Assembly (NCBI RefSeq): GCF_000142905.1
Contig: NW_013657656.1
Coordinates: 52,327 to 116,326, forward strand
DNA: 64,000 nt
Source: Thecamonas trahens ATCC 50062
Taxonomy: Eukaryota; Protista; Apusomonadida
Reading direction: 5' to 3'
The position numbers were made by a program, and so were the translations under genes. Below are positions 28,655 to 38,211 of the stretch, one piece after another; position 1 is the stretch's first letter, and the number at the start of each line of letters is the position of its first letter. A model generated the notes under the pieces. The model was not told the origin of the DNA and ran no database searches. It saw nothing but the letters and a program-made list of their open reading frames with translations.

Positions 28655-30091
28655 GCGCGCGCATACACATACAGCATACTCTCACTTATTTTCTCCACAC
28701 GCTCCATTCACTCAATCTCATCTTCCTCGGCCTACTTCTCCCTGTCATGGCGGTCTTGGTGTTTGTGATTGGCATGGCCGTAAAAAATCAACATCGATCC
28801 CAGTTTGGCTGCTTCATCCTCGGCACGCGTCCTGCTCGTCGACGTCCCCACGCGTGAAGAGCCCGTGGTGGTGAAGCAAAAGGAGGTCCGCGAAGCTTCG
28901 GCAGACGCCGTCCGCCAAATGGCCACTGAGGTCAGTATTCTGGCGGCGTTGGACCACCCCAACATTGTCCGCCACTTTGACTCGGTCCTCCTCGCGGACC
29001 ACCTCGCCATCACCACCGAGTACCTTGCGGGCGGATCGCTTGCGGCCGTCATCGACAACGCCCGCTCCTCGCGCTCGCGCCTCGACGAGGATTTTGTCTT
29101 GCAAGTCGCCACCCAGCTCGGCCTGGCCATTCACTACCTCCATCGCCACTCGATCCTCCACCGCGACATCAAGCCAGAGAACGTGCTCCTCGCCGCCGAC
29201 GGACACGTCAAGCTCAGCGGCTTTGCCCTCGCAGCCATCCTATCCAAGGAGCAACCGCTTGCCAGCGACCTTGTCGGCGCGCCGTACTATTTTGCTCCAG
29301 AATTGTTTGCCAACGAGCCGTACGGCCCCAAGGCCGATGCCTGGGCCTTTGGTGTCACACTCTACATGACTTGCGCCCGGAAGCTGCCGTTCAAGGCCAA
29401 TTCGCTCGACAATCTGGCCAAGACTGTCGTCGACGACAAGCCACCGCCGCTCTCGCGCACATACTCGCGCACCCTCCGTTCCATCGTCCGCAGTCTCCTG
29501 GTCAAGCTCGCCGACGAGCGTGCATCGACGGCAGACATCTTGCGCATCGAGGACATCCGTGCCCGCGCCCGCTCCTCGCTCTCACCCTCGTCCTACCACC
29601 GCCAGTTCAAGTCATCTCCTTTCGTTCTCTCGCTCGCTGACGAGGGCATGTACGTCCGCCAGCCTGATCCGCTGCACTCGATCCTCGACTCGACTCACGG
29701 CCAGCGCAGCTTTCTCCATCCGCTTGCCTCTCGCTCAGACCTATCTTCTGACGCCTCCTCGCAGCCGCACCTTTCCCTCTCGGGTGACGAATCGATCTTT
29801 CCCGTCAAGGAGCGCGCCTTTCCACATCTTGTTCAGCTCGCCCATGAGCTTACCTTTCCGGCGTCGGTTTCCACGCCGCAGGCCGAGCACAATGCCCGCT
29901 CGTCCGAGCCTTGGGACTCGGGCATCCATCTTGACCTCGGTCCCCACATGCGCTCACTCATCGCGTTTCGCAAGCTCTGGCTCTCGGGTGCCCTCGATTG
30001 GACAGCCTCGCCTGCCATCATGCCCCATGTCTCGTACATCGCCGACGATCTTCATCTCCAATCCCACAGCTCATCGTCGTCGCCGTCATAG
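27820..30091 (+). CDS. NEK-family kinase-like protein, probable pseudokinase; exons 27820-27860 and 28804-30091
   Basis: GTACGT donor at 27861 and CAG acceptor at 28803 are phase-compatible, giving MAAEAASQVIVTQHLAASSSARVLLV..VVVKQ..EVSILAALDHPNIV..HRDIKPENVLL..KLSGFA..GAPYYFAPELFANEPYGPKADAWAFG. The intron contains a gap, so extra exons cannot be excluded. Confidence 0.8.
28083..28302. other. Assembly gap (N run)
   Basis: Run of n. Confidence 1.
28617..28652. repeat. (AC)n microsatellite in the NEK-like gene intron
   Basis: About 18 AC units followed by (GC)n. Confidence 0.95.
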
Positions 30092-30163
30092 CCGTTGCGG
30101 TAGTGCCGTTTGCAGCAACGCTCCCATCAATCTGCTGGTGTGGTCAAACTACCGCGAAAGGCG

Positions 30164-33100
30164 CTAAAACTTTACCCGCTCTAGGAACACAAGGAGATCC
30201 TCGCTGCCGCCGCCAGTCCGCACCAGCAGCTTGTCGCCGGCCACGGAGAGAAGCAGCTTGCGCGACCGCAGCATGTACACAAAATCTTCGACCTTAAACA
30301 GCGGAAGTGAGAGGCCGTGCTCTGCAAACCGCGCCTTCAGATCCGCCACCAGGCCGTCAACAATCGCCGCACGCTGCATCCGCGAGTGCACCGCTCCCTC
30401 CGGCGTCGCCGCCAGCCGGCCACGAAGCGGCGATGCCGTCTCGGCTGTCTCTCTAGGGCCGTTCCCGGCATCGCCCTCGGCCATGCTCGCGCCTGCGCCC
30501 CGCCCGCGATAACCGCCAAGCAGCAGCTGCTGGACCAGGCAATGCAGCGCCGCGCCCTTGGCCTGTACCGCGCGCACAAGAGGCCCCTCACCTGCGCCAG
30601 GCACTGCAGACGCCACCCATGTCTCCACTGCCGCATCCAGCTCGTCCATCAGTCCAATGGCGGCATTGGCTGTCTCAACCAGCGAGCCGTGCCCGCCGCC
30701 GGGTGCTGGGCTGTCGTCAGCGACACGGACCACGCCGGCCAGCGCTGCACGCGCGGACCGCAACTTGCCGGCCAGCGCCGACGACATGCCCGGCTGTCGC
30801 ACCTTGAGCACGTCCTCCAGCATCCGCACTACCATCCGGACCTTGGTCCGCATCACTCGCAGTGACTCTCGCTGCGAATCGCCCAGCCCACGCAACGCCG
30901 CCGCCCACGCCGTCGCCACCTCATCCAGCACCTGTCCGACCTCGGACGCTGATGGCGGGCCACGTGCTCGTGGCGGCGACTTTGGCTTCGTTGTCGCTTC
31001 TTGTGCTGCCGCCGCTGCCACCACCGCCGCATCCGCCATCGCCGCCACCTCCTCTAGCTTGCTTTCCAGCGCAGCTTTCTCGGCGTACAGCGCCTCGATC
31101 TGCGCACTCTGTTCGCGCGTTGCGTCGGCAGCATACACCTTGCTCCGCTCCATCGCGTCGGACGCCGCCGCTTTGGCACTCGCAGCCTCGGTCTGTGCCG
31201 CCATTAGCGCATGCTCCAGCGCCGACACCCGCTCGCGCAGTGCCCGTGCCCCGGCCTCGGCCTCAGCCTTGACCTTTTCGCCGGCAACCACGTGGACTTC
31301 AGAGAGCCGATCTTGCGCCTCCTTCAGTGCTTTCTTTGCCGCAGCCAGTTCATGCGACGCATCCGCCAGCTGTGCTTCACGCGATGCCGCCAGCGCAACA
31401 GCCTCGGCCTCGGCCGCGCGCGCGCGCGCCACCTCGCCCGACTTGGTCCGCGCTGCAGCCAGCTCGTCCTCGAGTTCGCTCACATGGTCCTTCAGCTCGC
31501 GGACCTGCGCCTTGAGCGAGACCACCTGGTCGCGCGCCCGTCGCAGCACTCCCTGCCTGCGCTCTTCCTCCTCCAGCTCGGCCTCGGTCGGAACGGCCGC
31601 TGCTGCCCCGGCTGGAGCAGCAGCTGGAGCCGGGACTGGAGCTGTCGCCGCTGCAGTCGCTGCGGCATTCCGCTGTGCGTTGGCAAGCGCACCTTCGAGC
31701 GAGCGAATGACGTCCTGTGCGTTGCCGAGCGAAGCGTTGAGCGCTGCGTTCATGTCGCGAAGGAGCGCCACGTGCTGCTCCGCCACCGCATGCGTCGCAG
31801 GCTCATCTCGCGTCTCCGGCTTGGGGAAGCCGCCTTTGACGGCGGCGGAGGAGGTGTCGGCTGCAGCGCCGCCTCAGCGCGCCGCCTCTGGATCGACGCT
31901 CGGATGTTCTCCGAGGTTTCCAGCCGAGCCCGGGCAGCTTCCAGCTCGTCCAGCAGTGCATTGGCCTGGGCCCGCGCCTCGTCGCGCGCAGCTTCGGCGC
32001 TCGCCAGTGACGCTGCAAGGGTGTCGCGCTCGGCGGCCAGCGCCAGCGCCTGCTGCTGTGCTGATGCCAGCTGGGACTCCAGCTCGTCTGACGCCGAGTG
32101 GCTCGCCGATCGGAGCTTGCCAACACTCTCGCGCTCACTCTCCAGCTCGGAGCGGATCGCAACCGCGAGCTGAGTCGCCGACGCGACCTGGCTCTCCAGC
32201 TCCGGTACCCGTGCCTCAGCCTGGGCAACCCGCATTTCCAGCTGGCTCTTGTCAGTCGCCAGCGCCTTGCACTTGACTCTGAGCTTAAGCACGGCCGCCT
32301 GTGCGTCATCAAGTTGCTTGGCGAGCAACCGGATCTGGTCGCGCTGCTCGGCGGCAGCAAGGATCTCGCGGTCCTTGAGCTTCTGCTCGGCAGCAAGCGA
32401 CTCGCGCAGGATACCAACCTGGCCAGCCATGGCCTCTGCCGCTGACGCCTCGCGCGCCAGCGCCTGCGAGGCGCGATCAAGTTCAGCGGCTGCCTCGGTA
32501 GCCTCCGAGACTGCCGCCGCCGCCGCGTTCTCCGACTTGCCGAGAAGCGAGCGGAGGGCGGCGACTTCCGCGTCCTTCCGCGCCATGCACTCACGGAGAA
32601 CGGCAGCCTCCTCACGGACCCCGGCCAGCGAGACCTCGGCCTGATGCCGCCGCGCCGCCTCGGTCTCTGCAAACGCCGCATGCTTTGCGGCCTCCTTGGC
32701 CAGCCGCAGATCGGACAGCTGTTGACCTTGCTGCGCAGCGGTCACCGCCGCCCTCGCCTCGGCGAGTGCATCGGCGAGTGCCTCGTTCTCCCGCGACAGC
32801 GCCTGAACCTGCTCGTACACTCTCGCAAGCTGCGACGCATGCGACGAGGTGTGCGACTCTTCTGCCGCCGCCAGCGCCGCCGACGACGCCGACAGCCTCC
32901 GCGCCGTCAGGGTCAGCTCCTGCACCGATGCTGCCAGCCCTCCGCTGCCCTGCTGCCAGCCCTCCGCTGCCCCGCGCCCCGCTCCTCGGCTCGGGCGTCG
33001 CCTTCATTTCATGCCATCGTTCCTCGGAGCTTGGTCGGCCACCTCCGCCGGAGCTTGGTCGGCCACCTCCGCCGGAGCTTGGTCGGCCACCTCCGTCTCC

Positions 33101-33226
33101 GCCTCCGTCTCCGTCTCCACCTCCGCCTCTTCCACCTCTTCGGCCTGGCGTCTCTCGGCTCGCGCTGCCTCCGCCCGCCACTGTCCGACTCGGCGAAGGT
33201 GTGGCGTAAGCCGCAAACGTCGCCAT
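30164..33226 (-). CDS. Large coiled-coil protein (~1010 aa) with C-terminal GAS2-related (GAR) microtubule-binding domain; two apparent frameshifts
   Basis: C-terminus PLFKVEDFVYMLRSRKLLLSVAGDKLLVRTGGGSEDLLVFL resembles the GAR consensus (VRVGGGWxxLxxFL). Three ORFs join if the 22-bp duplication at 32929-32972 is removed and one base is added at 31823-31826. Confidence 0.7.
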
Positions 33227-33364
33227 CTTCCCCGCCTGTACTGCACTGATGGTGGAGATGGCTGGTAGCAGGAGTGGGGGGGGGGGCGCTGGGCGGGGGA
33301 GGCGGAAGGGGGGAGCCGTTGAGCAGCCAGTCAACCAGCCAGTTGAATATTCCATTGTGGCTGC

Positions 33365-33544
33365 GTCGATTAATCGTTGCTGGCTGTCGATTAATCGTTG
33401 CCGGCTGTCGATTTATCGTTGCTGGCTGTCGATTAATCGTTGCTGGCTGTCGATTAATCGTTGCCGGCTGTCGATTAATCGTTGCTGGCTGTCGATTAAT
33501 CGTTGCTGGCTGTCGATTAATCGTTGCTGGCCGTCGATTATTCG
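33365..33544. repeat. 21-bp tandem array (8 full copies plus a partial) carrying the palindrome CGATTAATCG
   Basis: Unit GTCGATTAATCGTTGCTGGCT at 33365, 33386, 33407, 33428, 33449, 33470, 33491, 33512, 33533 (partial). Confidence 0.97.
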
Positions 33545-33547
33545 CTT

Positions 33548-33650
33548 CAACTGCACTACGCATTCTGTTCGTCCGTTCGTTTGTTCGTTCGTTCGTCCGT
33601 TCGATGCGTTCGCTTGCTCCCTTCGCTGCCTCTCGATTTCTTTGAAACTG
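33548..33650 (+). promoter_or_regulatory. Candidate G2/M promoter elements upstream of CDC20 (CHR-like TTTGAA, Myb/MSA-like AACGG/CAACTG)
   Basis: TTTGAA at 33641-33646; CCGTT (=AACGG) at 33573 and 33597; CAACTG at 33548; 75-175 bp upstream of the ATG. These motifs are short and could occur by chance. Confidence 0.35.
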
Positions 33651-33720
33651 ACCACAGTGTACGGCACGTCTCTCAACCTCATCTTCAGACAGACAACCTA
33701 CACACACATATACATACACC

Positions 33721-35420
33721 ATGTCGGCCTTTGTTAACGACTGGACAAACAACCTCAACGCGTTCGACTCTGCGCTCGATACCAAGGTCATCCCGCGGTG
33801 GAAGCGGAAGGCCATGGAGAAGGCACAGCAGTCGAGCGCCAACGCGTCGACGTCGGCCATTACCGCCTCGTCGCTCGCGACCACTCCCTCCCGCGGCACC
33901 AAGCGCCGTGGCTCTGGCACCCCACAGGTACGCTCTTCCCCCTCCCCCGTTCCCTTGAACATGCTCTACTGCAGTGCCAAGGGCAACTTGTCCCCCAAGG
34001 CCTTCATCCCTGTGGAGAGACTCACACGCTGCGGGAGGGGCGACCAACGGACGGACGAATTTTTCAAACTTTTGCGATGGACGGAAATATTTTTCCTTCA
34101 AACTTTCGCGCGCGCGCTCGACACAACGCACAGTGCGATCGGTTTATCCCCAACCGCGCGGCGATGGACATGTCGCTGGGCAAGTTTGCGCTGCAGGAGA
34201 ACAACCCGACCCTGGGTGAGGACGGTAGCGGGGCATACTCGCCGGCCAAGGAGGAGTACCAGCAGACTCTGCAGGAGACACTCCTCAACGGTCGGACCGA
34301 GTGCGCCAAGATCCTGGCGTTCAAGGCCAAGGCGCCCGCGCCGCCGGTTGGCTACCAGAACTCGCTCAAGGTCCTGTACTCTCAGAACAAGGCGTCTGCC
34401 GGGCGGAAGCGCAAGGTCACGCGCCACATCCCGCAGGCGCCCGAGCGCGTCCTCGACGCGCCCGACATGCTCGACGACTACTACCTCAACCTGCTTGACT
34501 GGAACAAGCAGAACATCCTCGCCGTTGCTCTTGGTCAGACCGTGTACCTGTGGAACGCCGAGAACGGATCCATCACCGAGCTCTGCACCACCGAGGAGCC
34601 GGACAACTTTATCACCTCGCTGTCTTGGATCGAGGACGGCTCGTACCTTGCCGTCGGTACCAACACCGCCGACGTCCAGCTGTGGGACACCGAGGCGTCC
34701 CGCCAGGTCCGTTGCATGAAGGGCCATCATTCGCGCGTCGGCTCGCTGGCGTGGAACCAGTTCATCCTCTCCTCGGGCTCGCGCGATTCAATGATCTTCA
34801 ACCACGATGTTCGCGTCGCCGACCACCACATCGCCACGCTCGCCTCCCACACCCAGGAGGTCTGCGGGCTCAAGTGGTCGCCGGACGGCACCCAGCTGGC
34901 GTCGGGTGGCAATGACAACCTCCTCTGCATCTGGGACATCAACGGTGGTGAGTCGCCCAAGTTCACCCTCAACGACCACTGCTCCGCCGTCAAGGCTCTC
35001 GACTGGTGCCCGTGGCAGGAGAATCTTCTGGCGTCCGGCGGCGGGACCGCTGATCGCTGCATCCGCTTCTGGAACACAGAGACCGGCAACTGCCTCAACA
35101 CCATCGACACCAAGTCCCAGGTCTGCTCCCTCAAGTGGTCCACCCATCACAAGGAGATCGTCTCCTCGCACGGATTCTCCCAGAACCAGCTTATTGTCTG
35201 GAAGTACCCGTCCATGGTCAAGATGGCCGAGCTGACCGGCCACACCTCGCGCGTCCTGCATCTTGCCGCTTCGCCCGATGGCGAGACCATTGTCTCCGCC
35301 GCCGGCGATGAGACGCTCCGCTTCTGGAAGTGCTTTGCCCGTGACTCGGCTTCGTCGGCTGCGGCCACCAAGCCTGTCATTGACAACCGCGGCCTGCGCC
35401 GGAACGTCAACATTCGCTGA
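33721..35420 (+). CDS. CDC20: APC/C activator CDC20/Fizzy; exons 33721-33927 and 34134-35420
   Basis: GT-AG phase-0 intron 33928-34133 joins to the C-box CDRFIPNR; KILAFK (Mad2-binding); DAPDMLDDYYLNLLDW; seven WD40 repeats; C-terminal IR tail. Confidence 0.97.
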
Positions 35421-36332
35421 AGTGTGCATGCTGTGCTTGCTGCTGCGCTCGTGGTTGATCATCGACGCCCGCTCTTGACCTGCCAGGTCCACTTTCGCCC
35501 TTGTTGTGATGGTGCACTGCGACCCTAACGCACCACTCTACGAGGACTATGGCTCTGGCTCTTTGGAGCTGTCGTTGGCGTCTCCTACGTTGCGTGGCTT
35601 GGCCCACCCGTGCTCTCCGCCCGGTGGACGCGGCCTGCCCGCTCGTGGTTTGAGTCTGCCCGCCGCCCCGCCCGCCGGTTTGCCTATCCTCGGCTACCTT
35701 TATTTTTGTTTTTGCCCTCCTCCCCCTCCCTCCTCCTCCCCCCCCATCCCCATCGCGCCCTGCGCGCCTGCCCGTTGTTTGTTGCCATCGTTTTCTGGAC
35801 TCTTCTCTCGCCTTTCCCCCTTTTATCTCGACTACCCCCCTCTCTTCCATGTTTCCCCGCCACGCTGCCGAGCCCAACTCGGCTGCCTTGGCGCGACAAC
35901 CAACCCCTGTCGGGATCCAGAACGCGGCACGCCTCGGCGGGCCGCGGGGCCCTCTCGCGGGCCCGCCCAAGTCTTATCAGACTAGGGTGTCCGGCCTTCC
36001 CGGCTTCTTCTCAATCTGTGTCCAGGACCAGACGAGTTGATCGAACCACCACTACCCCCCCCCCCTCCCCCTCCCTATGGATAATAAACGATGTCTAATC
36101 TCTGGTGCTGTGCTTGTCGTGGGTATAGCTGTGGGTGTGGATGGGATTGCGCCCGAGCGGCATTCGGCGAGACAACAACGATGGTTGCAGCGGCGAGTCG
36201 ACGAGCTGACGGCGAGTTGGATAACAGCCGACTTTGCGAGGCTGAGACACGAGGCGGTGGACGGGTACCGAGGCGAGAGATTGAGAAGAGCAAGGTCAAG
36301 CAGGTGGCTGTGTGTGTGGTGGCTCTGAAGCC

Positions 36333-36671
36333 ATGTCTGTGGTGTCGTTTGAGAAAAAGGTGCTCTACACGTACCTCGCTCTTCTGTTCGGTAGCCTCCT
36401 CCTCCTGGCGGTGGTCTTTGATTTGGTGGCCACCTTGGAGTACGAGGATCCGTCGGCTATGCCCTCATCATATGCTGTCTCACTGCTCTTGGTCCACGGC
36501 GGGAGTTTCTATCTCTTCCTTCTCGGCTTTGTCTACGCCTGCGAGACTCAGGCAAAGTCGCACGTCTCCCTCTCCCTCGCTGCCCTCGGTCTCAACGTCA
36601 TCGCTCTCGTCGGCCGCATCACAGTCACGTTTATGTTCATCGACTATCGCCCCACACAGTATGCCGCGTGA
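36333..36671 (+). CDS. TMEM262: Small 3-TM membrane protein (112 aa) resembling TMEM262/CATSPER-eta
   Basis: Three hydrophobic helices. Near gap-free match to my recollection of the TMEM262 pattern: F.K....T..AL.., M...Y.V.L, G..YA..T..K, L.LN.....R....F..I[DE]YR. Confidence 0.65.
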   Translation: MSVVSFEKKVLYTYLALLFGSLLLLAVVFDLVATLEYEDPSAMPSSYAVSLLLVHGGSFYLFLLGFVYACETQAKSHVSLSLAALGLNVIALVGRITVTFMFIDYRPTQYAA

Positions 36672-36768
36672 TGGCCAGTACGCCGCGTGATGGTCGAACC
36701 GCTGTCATGATTGATCCCTCTCAGATGGCGTACGGACGCGGCGGCGGCGGCGGCGGCTGGCGATCCGT

Positions 36769-38135
36769 TTACCCGCTGCTACTGCTCGCGTCGTACGCAA
36801 CACTCACAGGCACTTCGGCAGTAAGCAGCTCCATAGTTGGCGGGCCAAACGCGTACTGCGAGTCCACGCCCGAACCGACCGTGCTGTTGTACGCCGGCTC
36901 GATCGATCCAATCAGCATTGCGCCGGAACCGGTCCCGTGCGACTCGCGGCCGGTCGATTCAAGGTACGACGTGCTCATCATGGTGAGGTCTGCGTATGCA
37001 TCGTCTGCAATGACCACCTCGTCGGACGAGCTAATACGGCGCCGGCGACCGGCGGCCACATGCGCCCGCTCGGCTGTGTTGAGCTCAAAGATCTCGCCCT
37101 GCAGCCGCTGCAACGACTGCGCCGTCGCCAGTCCGACCTGCTCGCCGGCCGCCACATGCGCCCGCTCGGCTGTGTTGAGTTCAAAGATCTCGCCCTGCAG
37201 CCGCTGCAACGACTGCGCCGTCGCCAGTCCGACCTGCTCGCCGGCCGCCACATGCGCCCGCTCGGCTGTGTTGAGTTCAAAGATCTCGCCCTGCAGCCGC
37301 TGCAACGACTGCGCCGTCGCCAGTCCGACCTGCTCGCCGGCCGCCACATGCGCCCGCTCGGCTGTGTTGAGCTCAAAAATCTCGCCCTGCAGCCGCTGCA
37401 ACGACTGAGCGGTCGCCACGCCCATGGGAGGCGGAGGCACACCGCCTGGTCCGAGCAGCTGCAACGACTCTGCCGCCGCCGCTGACGACGACGCCGATGA
37501 CGACGACGACGCTGTGGATGACGTCGAGTCACCGCCCTTACTGGCGAGCTCTTGCAGCCCAACATCTGTGTAGATCGCCACCGACTTTTCCGCACACTCA
37601 CTATCGGTGGTGGCCATGATCCGCTCGCCGCGCGAGACTACGTTTGCGAGCGAGACGTGATTGCGGAAACCGATGACGGCCGCCACCGTAGCTAGGCCCT
37701 GCACCACTGCAGCTGCCAAAATGCCGGCAAGTGCGTTGTCCGACGCTTTGGCCACGCCCTTGCCCGGACTCGTGACCAGCTCGCTCACTAGCAACGAGAG
37801 GAGGAAGACCAAGACGAGAAGTGGGACGAGCTCGGCGACCACAGCCAGCCGCAGCAGCCGCTCGCACCCGCGCCAGAGCATGTGGTCGTCGTCGTCATAG
37901 AGCGCTGCTGCGAGCACAAAGGACGCGCCAGCCATCCATGCACCCCGGCGGCGGCGGCCGGCCGATCAAACCGCGACATGCTCATCACCCCGCGGTCGTC
38001 GCCGCTTCCGGACGACAGGGCAGACTCGAGGGTGAGACCGATGAGTACAAGGCTGATCATGGCTTGTGCCACCACTCCGGCCACTACGGCCCATCGTGGC
38101 GCCACCAGCGTGTCAAAGTCAATGAAGCACACCAT
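36769..38135 (-). CDS. 4-TM membrane protein with a cytoplasmic 32-aa repeat tail; frameshift at 37943-37946
   Basis: ORFs 37788-38228 and 36769-37935 join with one extra G (..FDRPAAAAGGAWMAGASFV..). The join is supported by alignment to the paralog at 40490-41428. Confidence 0.7.
37049..37418. repeat. 96-bp coding tandem repeat, ~3.8 near-identical copies
   Basis: GCCACATGCGCCCGCTCGG.. at 37055, 37151, 37247, 37343; encodes ATAQSLQRLQGEIFELNTAERAHVAAGEQVGL. Confidence 0.97.
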
Positions 38136-38211
38136 AGGCTTGCCTCCCGTGTGATGCCCGAGAAAGCTGTTGCGCCGTCCAACCGGCAGTTCCCGGCAAC
38201 CCTGTCCGCTG

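Noticed and set aside
33365-33544. CRISPR array
   Set aside because: Units are directly adjacent with no unique spacers, there are no cas genes, and the context is eukaryotic.
36077-36328. 83-aa ORF upstream of the TMEM262-like gene
   Set aside because: No recognisable motifs or splice link; probably 5'UTR or intergenic, though a small gene cannot be excluded.
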